From: Promethearchaeota archaeon
GTDB taxonomy: Archaea; Asgardarchaeota; Lokiarchaeia; Sigyniarchaeales; SOKP01
Reading direction: 5' to 3'
NCBI GenBank assembly: GCA_013375475.1
Contig: JABXKD010000077.1
Location: 1-16,925, forward strand
Length of the DNA stretch: 16,925 nt
Below are positions 1 to 12,325 of the stretch, one piece after another (within the stretch, counting starts at the first letter, position 1; the number at the start of each line of letters is the position of its first letter). Made by a program: the position numbers and the translations under genes. Below the pieces are notes generated by a model. The model was given only the letters and a program-made list of their open reading frames with translations. It made no database searches and had not been told where the DNA came from.

Positions 1-256
1 GAGCCATGCAGCAGAATTTATATTACCAGGATTTGGATTTATTTATATTTCTGGTTGGATTGGATGGGTTGGTCGTAAATATTTACGTGCAGTCAGTACT
101 AGCGCTAATCCTAGTGAAAGTGAAATTATTATTAATGTTCCTCTAGCACTAAAAATCATGACAACAGGTTATATTTGGCCAATTTCAGCATGGCAAGAAT
201 TAATCAGTAACGATTTAGTAGCAGTTAGTGAAGAAATAACTGTATCACCTCGTTAA
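1..256 (+). CDS. psaF: Photosystem I subunit III (PsaF), 3' part; 5' end lies outside the window
   Basis: Manual translation from nt 2: SHAAEFILPGFGFIYISGWIGWVGRKYLRAV...EIIINVPLALKIM...WPISAWQEL...EEITVSPR, TAA at 254-256. Has the GWIGWVGR and ITVSPR PsaF signatures and is followed by psaJ. Confidence 0.97.
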   Translation, partial: SHAAEFILPGFGFIYISGWIGWVGRKYLRAVSTSANPSESEIIINVPLALKIMTTGYIWPISAWQELISNDLVAVSEEITVSPR

Positions 257-294
257 ATTCATTAATTATTTAAGCTAATATTGATTTTATTAAT

Positions 295-420
295 ATGAAC
301 GATTTTCAAAAATATCTATCAACAGCTCCTGTTCTTTTAACATTATGGATGACATTTACTGCAGGATTTATTATTGAAATAAATCGCTTTTTCCCTGATA
401 TGTTAGGATTATATTTTTAA
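295..420 (+). CDS. psaJ: Photosystem I subunit IX (PsaJ), 41 aa
   Basis: Manual translation: [41 protein letters not shown]. Has the YLSTAPV and IEINRFFPD motifs. Confidence 0.97.
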   Translation: MNDFQKYLSTAPVLLTLWMTFTAGFIIEINRFFPDMLGLYF

Positions 421-444
421 ATTTATTTAAAATTTAAAAATTAA

Positions 445-479
445 TTGTTCGATTATTAAATTTGTAAATAATCGAACAA
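445..479. terminator. Stem-loop between convergent psaJ and trnP (3'-end or terminator hairpin)
   Basis: Perfect 13-bp inverted repeat TTGTTCGATTATT (445-457) / AATAATCGAACAA (467-479) with a 9-nt loop, followed by a T-run on the + strand. Confidence 0.7.
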
Positions 480-555
480 ATTTTTCTATGTTAACTGAAA
501 TTACATTCTGTAAACTTAAAAATATTTTAAATCGATATATTTTTTCATTGTTATA

Positions 556-629
556 TCGGGATAGTAGGATTTGAACCTACGGCACCCTGCTCCCAAAGCA
601 GGTACTCTACCAAACTGAGCTATATCCCG
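556..629 (-). tRNA. trnP: tRNA-Pro (UGG)
   Basis: Reverse complement CGGGATATAGCTCAGTTTGGTAGAGTACCTGCTTTGGGAGCAGGGTGCCGTAGGTTCAAATCCTACTATCCCGA folds into a cloverleaf; anticodon arm CCTGC-TT-TGG-GA-GCAGG. Confidence 0.97.
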
Positions 630-652
630 TTATTCGTATCATAACGAAATCA

Positions 653-681
653 ACTATATCATATATATGAAATTATGTTAA
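653..681 (-). promoter_or_regulatory. Putative sigma70-type promoter of trnP
   Basis: On the minus strand: TTAACA (681-676), 17-nt spacer ending in TGA, TATAGT (658-653), an extended -10 arrangement. Predicted start is about 17 nt upstream of the tRNA. Confidence 0.6.
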
Positions 682-910
682 GTTATTAAAAATTTAATGA
701 AATATCTTTTAAGTTATTTTCTAACTTAAATTAGTAAATTCTTTAAAAATAGTAAATGCAGTATATTTTTAAGATTTATTAAATAAAAATATTCTTTCAA
801 TAAGAAATATTACCTTTTTTATAGTTAATACATTTTTACTATAAGTTTGATTTAAAATGTAAAATAAAAAATAGCAAATAAAAAAGAAGCGATTCTAATC
901 CAATCAAAAC

Positions 911-939
911 TTGACAACTACTATAGACTAATTTATATA
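911..939 (+). promoter_or_regulatory. Putative promoter of ycf89
   Basis: Perfect TTGACA at 911-916; after 17 nt an imperfect -10 TATATA (934-939) at the start of the AT microsatellite. Confidence 0.45.
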
Positions 940-954
940 TATATATATATATAT
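935..954. repeat. (AT)10 microsatellite
   Basis: ATATATATATATATATATAT read directly from the sequence. Confidence 0.9.
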
Positions 955-1008
955 CCAGAATCTTAATAGTAAAATAAATAAATTACTTTTTAAAAATAAA
1001 TTTAAAAA

Positions 1009-1971
1009 ATGGTTTTTAACAACCGTATCAAAGAAGTACAAAAAATAGTTCATGATGGATCTAAAGTATTTTTTGATTCCATCGCTGGATTTTTAGGGTA
1101 TCCAAATGCTCCTGGAATGCCAATTTTTCCAGAAGACCCAAAATCACGTGATCAATTAATAGGCCAAGATTTATTGCCTAAACATATTACAGACATACCT
1201 CCTAATCAAGTACAACGTCCTGAAACTTTAACTGAAGCATTATTTGGTACTTTTCCTTATACAATGCCAATCGAAAAACATTTTTATCAGCATAAAGCAG
1301 AAGGTTATTATAATTTTTATGTTGAAAATTATAGAAATATGTATTTTCTCCCTGATTGGTTATCAGGATATCTTCAAATTCATTTTAATCTAACAGTTGA
1401 TCATTCCAATTTAGAATTGTGTCGTGACGTATTTTTTTATGTTATATTACTTTACGGCGCGATTGTTAGTTTACGAACAACATTATTTTGGATGCTTGCA
1501 ATTAATCCATATACTTATCCTTGGGTATTTGCTGTTGATTTTGTAGATTGGATTTATGACAGTTTAGCTGGGATATTACCATGTATTGTAGGAATTGATT
1601 TAGTTCCAACTTTTTTAGCAATGCTAATTGGAAAAATTGCAGATTCAGCAAATCATTTAGTTTTTACTATGCCTTTTCTACCAAGTGAAGGTAATAAAGT
1701 TAAAATGTTAATTGATGGTGAATTAAAAGATGTTGTACAATTTCATTATCTACCATATTTATGGTATAAATATCCAATTCCAATGAATCTTCGAGAATTT
1801 TGGTATTCCGAACGCCCTGATATATTAAATTTTATGGAAAAAAATTATAGTCAATTTGGTATCAATTTTCGACCATTATTATCAGGTTCAGAAGTAAATT
1901 CTATACTAGATTCAACAACTTTTGCAGATTCTATTCTTCATACTTCTAAAAATTTTTTGGGACTTCTTTAG
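1009..1971 (+). CDS. ycf89: Ycf89, conserved diatom plastid membrane protein, 320 aa, with a YGGT/Ycf19-like central segment
   Basis: Long ORF in the typical diatom position between trnP and 16S. Motifs LGYPNAPGMP, GYYNFY, FLPDWLS, INPYTYPW, FTMPFLPSEG; hydrophobic segments at aa ~141-165 and ~186-210. Confidence 0.88.
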   Translation: MVFNNRIKEVQKIVHDGSKVFFDSIAGFLGYPNAPGMPIFPEDPKSRDQLIGQDLLPKHITDIPPNQVQRPETLTEALFGTFPYTMPIEKHFYQHKAEGYYNFYVENYRNMYFLPDWLSGYLQIHFNLTVDHSNLELCRDVFFYVILLYGAIVSLRTTLFWMLAINPYTYPWVFAVDFVDWIYDSLAGILPCIVGIDLVPTFLAMLIGKIADSANHLVFTMPFLPSEGNKVKMLIDGELKDVVQFHYLPYLWYKYPIPMNLREFWYSERPDILNFMEKNYSQFGINFRPLLSGSEVNSILDSTTFADSILHTSKNFLGLL

Positions 1972-2020
1972 AAAAAATTAAAAGAATCTTAAACGAATTT
2001 TTAAAGAGAATTTTTCTAAT

Positions 2021-2075
2021 TTTATTTATGAATTTTTTACTCATCAATTCTAGGAGAAATAAATTCATAAATAAA
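2021..2075. terminator. Stem-loop downstream of ycf89
   Basis: Perfect 15-bp inverted repeat TTTATTTATGAATTT (2021-2035) / AAATTCATAAATAAA (2061-2075) with a 25-nt loop. Confidence 0.6.
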
Positions 2076-2126
2076 GATATTTTTTATCTTTTTTTAAATG
2101 GAAGTTAGTTACATACTATTTCTATA

Positions 2127-2148
2127 TTAAATTAACTAGTTAATTTAA
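2127..2148. repeat. Perfect 22-bp palindrome with no spacer
   Basis: TTAAATTAACT|AGTTAATTTAA equals its own reverse complement. Confidence 0.85.
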
Positions 2149-2194
2149 ATATTTAATAATATATTATCATATTAGAATCTTAACATTTGAAACG

Positions 2195-2203
2195 TGGTAT
2201 AAT
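2195..2203 (+). promoter_or_regulatory. Putative rRNA operon promoter (extended -10)
   Basis: TG-G-TATAAT about 55 nt upstream of the 16S 5' end; no clear -35 at canonical spacing. Confidence 0.55.
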
Positions 2204-2259
2204 ATTCTTTAGATTTCATTTTCACGTTTAAGTGATAAATAAACAATAAATTATGGATA

Positions 2260-3751
<1,492 letters not shown>

Positions 3752-3808
3752 TTAAAAAGATTTTTAAATTTTTGGTCGATAACAATACTTTGAATCTAAA
3801 GATTCAAA

Positions 3809-3882
<74 letters not shown>

Positions 3883-3884
3883 GC

Positions 3885-3957
3885 GGGGGTATAGCTCAGT
3901 TGGTAGAGCACCGCCTTTGCACGGCGGTTGTCAGCGGTTCGACTCCGCTTACCTCCA
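3885..3957 (+). tRNA. trnA: tRNA-Ala (UGC), no intron
   Basis: GGGGGTATAGCTCAG...CCGCC-TT-TGC-AC-GGCGG...TACCTCCA; G3:U70 alanine identity pair present; 2 nt after trnI. Confidence 0.97.
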
Positions 3958-4024
3958 AATTTAAAATGATAATAACTTTATTTTAAATTTATATATTAAA
4001 ACTAAAATTACTAGTTTCTGTGTT

Positions 4025-6910
<2,886 letters not shown>

Positions 6911-6911
6911 T

Positions 6912-6950
6912 AAAAATCTTTAAGGTATAAAAAATATCTTAAAGATTTTT
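6912..6950 (+). other. Stem-loop filling the 23S-5S spacer (probable processing structure)
   Basis: AAAAATCTTTAAGGTAT (6912-6928) / ATATCTTAAAGATTTTT (6934-6950): 17 bp with one G:U pair and an A5 loop. Confidence 0.65.
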
Positions 6951-6952
6951 TG

Positions 6953-7077
6953 CTTTGGTGTTTTTAGTGTACTGAGCGGAACCACACTGATCCATCTCGA
7001 ACTCAGTTGTGAAACGTTATAAATCGACGACAATACTTGGGGGGGGACCTCCTGGGAAGATAGTTCAATGCCAAAGT
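6953..7077 (+). rRNA. rrf: Plastid 5S rRNA (ends approximate)
   Basis: Helix I CTTTGGTGTT / AATGCCAAAG; loop C motif GATCCATCTCGAACTCAG; GTGAAAC; directly after the 23S. Confidence 0.93.
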
Positions 7078-7260
7078 TTTAAAAAAATAATAATATCAAA
7101 ATAATTGATATAGTAGTTATTTCACGGAATTTTTTATTCAATGTAAAAAAATTATTCTTAAAAAATATTTTAAGTTTTATATATAATATTAGGTATAATA
7201 CTAGTCATTAACATTATTTTCTGTATTTAAATTTTTAACATTTCTAGAGGATTATCAGTT

Positions 7261-7371
7261 ATGGATACTCGTTTACTAGTAATTGCTGCGCCTGTTTTAG
7301 TAGCAGCATCATGGGCTTTATTTAATATTGGTCGTTTAGCAATTCAACAACTTCAACGTTTATCACGTTAA
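7261..7371 (+). CDS. psbY: Photosystem II protein Y, 36 aa
   Basis: Manual translation [36 protein letters not shown]; SD-like AGAGGA at 7246-7251. Confidence 0.96.
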   Translation: MDTRLLVIAAPVLVAASWALFNIGRLAIQQLQRLSR

Positions 7372-7422
7372 AAAATAATTACAAGGCTAGAAAAAACAAA
7401 AATAGTCTTGTAATTATTTTTT
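7370..7422 (+). terminator. Stem-loop directly after psbY
   Basis: AAAAAATAATTACAAGGCTA (7370-7389) / TAGTCTTGTAATTATTTTTT (7403-7422): 20 bp with one G:U pair, ending in a U-tract. Confidence 0.7.
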
Positions 7423-7514
7423 TAAAAGATTTACAAATTTTTTTAGCTCATTTTAAAGTTATTTTCATTACATTTAATTTTTAATAGATTTCTTAAACCT
7501 AATATTAACAAATC

Positions 7515-7543
7515 TGGACAAATTAAACTCTATTTTGTACAAT
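7515..7543 (+). promoter_or_regulatory. Putative promoter of rpl32
   Basis: TGGACA (7515-7520), 17-nt spacer, TACAAT (7538-7543); 45 nt upstream of the ATG. Confidence 0.6.
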
Positions 7544-7588
7544 AAATTTAAATTAAAAAGCTATCTTAAATAAAGATAAACAAAAATC

Positions 7589-7753
7589 ATGGCTGTACCT
7601 AAAAAACGGACATCAAAAGCAAAAAAGAATAGTCGTAAAGCTAATTGGAAAAGAAAAGCAGCAAAATCCGCACAAAAGTCTTTATCATTAGCGAAATCAA
7701 TATTACGAGGTAAAACTACTAGTTTTGTATATCGTCTTTACGTTGATGAATAA
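7589..7753 (+). CDS. rpl32: 50S ribosomal protein L32, 54 aa
   Basis: Manual translation [54 protein letters not shown]; MAVPKKRTS is the bL32 signature. Confidence 0.97.
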   Translation: MAVPKKRTSKAKKNSRKANWKRKAAKSAQKSLSLAKSILRGKTTSFVYRLYVDE

Positions 7754-7908
7754 CTTTGAAATTTTCTTGGTATAAATTTAAAAATATATTAAGAAAATTT
7801 GAAATTTTCTTAGTATTAATGATAAATAAATTTTAATTTCTGGATAATATTTCAAACTTAATTCGTCATTTAAACTATATCTATGTAGTTATTAATAAAA
7901 TAAGATTA

Positions 7909-7990
7909 GCGGATGTGGCGAAATTGGTAGACGCGCTAGATTTAGGTCCTAGTAACTTTTGTTTTGAGAGTTCGAGTCTCTCCATCCGCA
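7909..7990 (+). tRNA. trnL: tRNA-Leu (UAG)
   Basis: Acceptor stem GCGGATG / CATCCGC-A; anticodon TAG at 7943-7945; variable arm AAC-TTTT-GTT; T-arm GAGAG-TTCGAGT-CTCTC. Confidence 0.95.
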
Positions 7991-8030
7991 TTTAAAAAAT
8001 TCTCTAATTAACTTCTTGAATATTTGTTAT

Positions 8031-8954
8031 ATGGTTCTTCCATTTACTCTACAACAATTACGTATTTTTAAAGCTATTGCTTCGGAAAAAAGTTTTACGC
8101 AAGCCGCTGAAATTTTATTTGTTTCCCAACCTTCATTAAGTAAACAAATTAAAACTTTAGAAAATCGTTTAGGAATTTTGTTATTAAATCGAACTGGTAA
8201 TAAAATATCTTTAACTGAAGCGGGTAATGTTTTTCTTCAATATTCTGAACGAATACTTGCCTTATGTGAAGAAAGTTGTCGAGCTTTAAATGATTTAAAA
8301 GATGGTGAACGAGGAAATTTAAAAGTTGGTGCAAGTCAAACTATAGGGGCATATTTAATGCCTCGTGTTTTAACTTTATTTGCTCAAAGTTACCCACAAA
8401 TTACTTTAAATATTGATATTGATTCAACTAGAATTATTGCAAAAAAAGTTGCCGATCGAATTATTGATATTGCTATTGTAGGCGGCGATATTCCTAATGG
8501 TTTAAAAAAAAATTTAGAAATTGAAGATTTTGTTGAAGACGAACTAATTTTGATAATTCCCAAGTCACATCCATTTGCAAAAAAGAAAAGAAAGAAAATT
8601 AGTAAAAAAGATCTTTATCATTTAAATTTTATAACATTAAATTCGAATTCTACAATCCATAAATTTATTGATAATATTTTGATTCAAAATAATATTCAAA
8701 CTAAACAATTTAATGTAATTATGGAACTAAATTCCATTGAAGCTATAAAGACAGCCGTAAGTCTTGGCTTAGGAGCTGCTTTTGTCTCATCATCAGCAAT
8801 AGAAAAAGAAATTGAATTAAAAACAGTTGAAATTATAACAATTGAAAATATTAAAATAACCCGAACATTATCAATTATTACAAATACCGATTCTCATCGA
8901 TCTAAAGCTTTTGACTTTTTTTATAACGAACTGTGGTTACTTAAAAATTTATAA
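8031..8954 (+). CDS. rbcR: LysR-family RuBisCO operon regulator RbcR (Ycf30/CbbR-like), 307 aa
   Basis: LysR helix-turn-helix (LQQLRIFKAIA..SFTQAAEILFVSQPSLSKQIKTLE..LG) plus effector domain (GASQTIGAYLMP, IEAIKTAVSLGLG). ATG at 8031 is preferred over the TTG at 8016 used in the ORF track. Confidence 0.95.
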   Translation: MVLPFTLQQLRIFKAIASEKSFTQAAEILFVSQPSLSKQIKTLENRLGILLLNRTGNKISLTEAGNVFLQYSERILALCEESCRALNDLKDGERGNLKVGASQTIGAYLMPRVLTLFAQSYPQITLNIDIDSTRIIAKKVADRIIDIAIVGGDIPNGLKKNLEIEDFVEDELILIIPKSHPFAKKKRKKISKKDLYHLNFITLNSNSTIHKFIDNILIQNNIQTKQFNVIMELNSIEAIKTAVSLGLGAAFVSSSAIEKEIELKTVEIITIENIKITRTLSIITNTDSHRSKAFDFFYNELWLLKNL

Positions 8955-8976
8955 ATTTATCCTGTTCTAATTTAAG

Positions 8977-9006
8977 TTGACTTAAGTAAAATTTATTTTG
9001 TAATAT
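8977..9006 (+). promoter_or_regulatory. Putative promoter of rpl21-rpl27-secA
   Basis: TTGACT (8977-8982), 18-nt spacer, TAATAT (9001-9006). Confidence 0.55.
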
Positions 9007-9037
9007 TATCTTATAAAAAGAGAAAATCTTCTAAATT

Positions 9038-9355
9038 ATGAAATACGCAATTGTAGAAATTAGTGGAAGACAATTTTGGATTGAAACAGGAAAATATTAC
9101 GATTTAAATCGTATTCCAACAGAACTTGGAAAAGAAATTACATTAAACAGGGTTTTACTAGTTAATAATGATGGAGAACTTTTAATCGGAAAACCTTATT
9201 TAGAAAGTGTAAAAGTTAAAGGAAAAATTTTAGAACATTTACGCAGTCGTAAAACTATTGTTTATAAAATGCGTCCTAAGAAAAAAACTCGTAAAAAACA
9301 AGGACATCGCCAAGATTTAACTCGAGTTCTTATTGAAGAAATAAATATTAATTAA
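9038..9355 (+). CDS. rpl21: 50S ribosomal protein L21
   Basis: MKYAIVEISGRQF, IGKPYL and KKTRKKQGHRQ are bL21 motifs; adjacent to rpl27. Confidence 0.97.
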   Translation: MKYAIVEISGRQFWIETGKYYDLNRIPTELGKEITLNRVLLVNNDGELLIGKPYLESVKVKGKILEHLRSRKTIVYKMRPKKKTRKKQGHRQDLTRVLIEEININ

Positions 9356-9373
9356 TACTTAAGGAATACAAAA

Positions 9374-9625
9374 ATGGCACATAAAAAAGGTGCAGGGAGT
9401 ACAAAGAATGGTCGTGATTCAAATGCAAAACGCTTAGGTGTTAAAAGATTTGGAGGTGAAAGAGTAAAAGCGGGGAGTATTTTAATCCGTCAAAGAGGAA
9501 TGAAATTTAGGCCTGGTTCTAATGTTGGATATGGAAAAGATTTTACTCTATTTGCATTAGTTGATGGGACTGTAAAATTTGATTATAAAGATGCTCAACA
9601 TAAACGAGTAAATATTATTACTTAG
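9374..9625 (+). CDS. rpl27: 50S ribosomal protein L27
   Basis: [24 protein letters not shown] signature; SD-like AAGGA at 9361-9365. Confidence 0.98.
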   Translation: MAHKKGAGSTKNGRDSNAKRLGVKRFGGERVKAGSILIRQRGMKFRPGSNVGYGKDFTLFALVDGTVKFDYKDAQHKRVNIIT

Positions 9626-9648
9626 TAGAACTTTATAAATTTTTCAAA

Positions 9649-12285
9649 ATGCTAAAAAATCCATTTATTAAAAATTCAGTCACAAATCAATATCAAGCAT
9701 TAATTAATCAAATTAATGCTCTAGAAAATAATTTAAAAATATTAACTGATATAGAACTAAGAAATAAAACATTTCAATTAAAAAAACAGTACCAAGAAGA
9801 AGAAGATTTAAACTCATTAATTGCCGAGTCTTTTGCAATTACAAGAGAAGCAAGTTTACGAACTTTAGGTCTTCGTCATTTCGATGTTCAATTAATTGGA
9901 GGCTTAGTTTTAAATAGTGGAAAAATTAGTGAAATGCGAACTGGTGAAGGAAAAACATTAGTTGCAACTTTACCGGCTTATTTAAATGCTTTAACAAATA
10001 AAGGTGTTCATATTGTTACGGTAAATGATTATTTAGCAAGTCGTGACCAAATTTCAATGGGACAAATCTATCGATTTTTAGGGTTAGACACAGGTTTAAT
10101 TCAAGAAGATATGGCCTTTTTAGAACGACAACAAAATTATAAAGCTGATATTACTTATGTAACAAATAATGAATTAGCTTTTGATTATCTACGTGATAAT
10201 ATGGCATCAAATTTGAATCAAGTTGTTCTACCACCATTTAATTATTGTATTGTAGATGAAGTTGATTCAATCTTTATTGATGAAGCACAAGTTCCATTAA
10301 TTATTTCCCAAGCGGTAGAAACTTGTATTGATAAATACATTGTTGCAGCAGAAGTTGCTGAATATTTAGAGGTTAATGTTCATTTTAAAGTAGATGAAAA
10401 AAATAGAAATATAATTTTAACTGAGCAAGGAACAGCTCAAATTGAAAAAATTTTACAAGTTGAAGATTTATATAATCCTAATGATCCGTGGATTCCGTAT
10501 ATTTTAAGTGCTATTAAAGCAACTGCTTTATTTTTCCGAAATGTCCATTATATTGTTCAAAACAATCAAATTATTATTGTTGATGAATTTACGGGCCGGA
10601 TTATGCCAGATAGAAGATGGAATGAAGGTTTACATCAAGCTGTTGAGGCAAAAGAAGGAGTTCCGATTAGACAAAATACAGAAACAGCGGCATCAATTAC
10701 TTATCAAAATTTTTTCTTATTATATCCTAAACTATCAGGTATGACGGGAACGGCTAAAACTTCTGAAGTAGAGTTTGAAAAGATTTATAACTTACCTGTA
10801 GAAGAAATACCAACAGCTCGACCAAACCTTCGTAAAGATTTACCTGATTTTGTTTATAAAGATAGTTTAACAAAATGGACAGCTATTGCACGGGAATGTA
10901 AATCTATTGCAAAAACAAAACAACCGATTTTAATTGGAACAACAACTGTTGAAAATTCTGAAATGTTAGCAGATTTATTAAAAGAATATCAACTATCATA
11001 CCAATTATTAAATGCAAAACCAGAAAATGTAAAACGAGAATCAGAAATTGTTGCACAAGCAGGAGAAATCGGAAGTATTACAATCGCAACAAATATGGCA
11101 GGTCGTGGAACAGATATTATTTTAGGTGGAAATATTACATTTAAAGTTCGAAAACAACTTTATAATATTTTAGTTTCTTATAAAAACCAAAGTAATTCAA
11201 CAAATTTAAATAATACTTTTCCTTTAACAAAAGGTATTAAGTTTACTTCACAAAAATTTTTAAGTGTTTTAAATTCATTACTTAACGATTCTAAATTCTT
11301 AAGTTTATCATCAACTGGAATTCTAAAATTGCTAAATGAAATTGACCAAATTCGAATTCCTAAGATCCCTTATCAATGTTCAATTAAATTTTTACTCAGT
11401 GAACTAGAAAAATTTGAGAAAAAAAATCAAAATATTAACAATAAAATTGTTAAAAATTTAGGTGGACTTTATATTATTGGTACCGAGCGAAATAATTCTC
11501 GTCGCATAGATAATCAATTGCGTGGGAGATGTGGACGTCAAGGGGATCCAGGAACCTCTAGATTTTTTTTAAGTTTAGAAGATTCTTTATTTCGAAATTT
11601 TGGAAGTTCAAAACTTCAAAACTTTATGCAAAATCAACTTTTAGATGATCTACCCTTAGAATCAAATTTACTAACTAAAAGTTTAGATGCTGCTCAGAAA
11701 CGAGTAGAAGAAAGAGATTATGATGGAAGAAAATACTTATTCGATTATGATGATATATTAAATAAACAACGTAATATAGTCTATTATGAACGAAGAAAAC
11801 TTTTAGAAAGTCAATCTTTTCGGGAAACAATTTTAGCTTATGGCGAGCAAGTTATTAAAGATATTATAAATTTATTGAAAGATCCTAAGGTTACAAAAAA
11901 TAGTTCTCTAATTGAAGAGTTGTTTAAAACAAGATTCGTAAGTTTAAATGATAATTTAAATACCTTAGACCCATTTGAATTAAAAACTTACTTATTTCAA
12001 GAATTTTGGTTATCCTATGAAGCAAAAGTCCTAGAATTTGAAATATGTCAAATTGGTTTAATTGGATCTTTTGAACGTACAATTATTCTTTATTATACAG
12101 ATATTGCTTGGAAAGAACATCTACAAAAAATTGCATTGTTACGCGATGCGGTAGGATGGAGAAGTTATGGACAACGCAATCCATTATTTGAATTTAAAGA
12201 AGAGGCGTATAATTTATTTCAAAATCGAAACATAACAATAAGACATTTATTAATTCGTGATTTTTTACATTCCTTTATTTTATAA
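9649..12285 (+). CDS. secA: Preprotein translocase ATPase SecA, 878 aa
   Basis: MRTGEGKT (Walker A), VTVNDYLA, IVDEVDS, GMTGTA, ATNMAGRGTDI, RRIDNQLRGRCGRQGDPG. Confidence 0.98.
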   Translation: MLKNPFIKNSVTNQYQALINQINALENNLKILTDIELRNKTFQLKKQYQEEEDLNSLIAESFAITREASLRTLGLRHFDVQLIGGLVLNSGKISEMRTGEGKTLVATLPAYLNALTNKGVHIVTVNDYLASRDQISMGQIYRFLGLDTGLIQEDMAFLERQQNYKADITYVTNNELAFDYLRDNMASNLNQVVLPPFNYCIVDEVDSIFIDEAQVPLIISQAVETCIDKYIVAAEVAEYLEVNVHFKVDEKNRNIILTEQGTAQIEKILQVEDLYNPNDPWIPYILSAIKATALFFRNVHYIVQNNQIIIVDEFTGRIMPDRRWNEGLHQAVEAKEGVPIRQNTETAASITYQNFFLLYPKLSGMTGTAKTSEVEFEKIYNLPVEEIPTARPNLRKDLPDFVYKDSLTKWTAIARECKSIAKTKQPILIGTTTVENSEMLADLLKEYQLSYQLLNAKPENVKRESEIVAQAGEIGSITIATNMAGRGTDIILGGNITFKVRKQLYNILVSYKNQSNSTNLNNTFPLTKGIKFTSQKFLSVLNSLLNDSKFLSLSSTGILKLLNEIDQIRIPKIPYQCSIKFLLSELEKFEKKNQNINNKIVKNLGGLYIIGTERNNSRRIDNQLRGRCGRQGDPGTSRFFLSLEDSLFRNFGSSKLQNFMQNQLLDDLPLESNLLTKSLDAAQKRVEERDYDGRKYLFDYDDILNKQRNIVYYERRKLLESQSFRETILAYGEQVIKDIINLLKDPKVTKNSSLIEELFKTRFVSLNDNLNTLDPFELKTYLFQEFWLSYEAKVLEFEICQIGLIGSFERTIILYYTDIAWKEHLQKIALLRDAVGWRSYGQRNPLFEFKEEAYNLFQNRNITIRHLLIRDFLHSFIL

Positions 12286-12325
12286 AGGTTAAATTCGTTT
12301 TTATTAAAAAAAAATAAACATATTT

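Noticed and set aside
682-910. AT-rich spacer between trnP and ycf89, checked for a pseudogene (e.g. acpP), CRISPR array or ncRNA
   Set aside because: I found no recognisable reading-frame remnant, periodic repeat or stable structure.
8016-8030. TTG start extending RbcR by 5 aa
   Set aside because: The in-frame ATG at 8031 gives the MVLPFTLQQL N-terminus expected for Ycf30/RbcR.
11130-11460. Low-complexity Asn/Lys/Ser-rich stretch within SecA, considered as a possible intein or insertion
   Set aside because: It occupies the variable insertion after GRGTDI.LGG that is normal in cyanobacterial and plastid SecA, and it has no intein terminal or endonuclease motifs.
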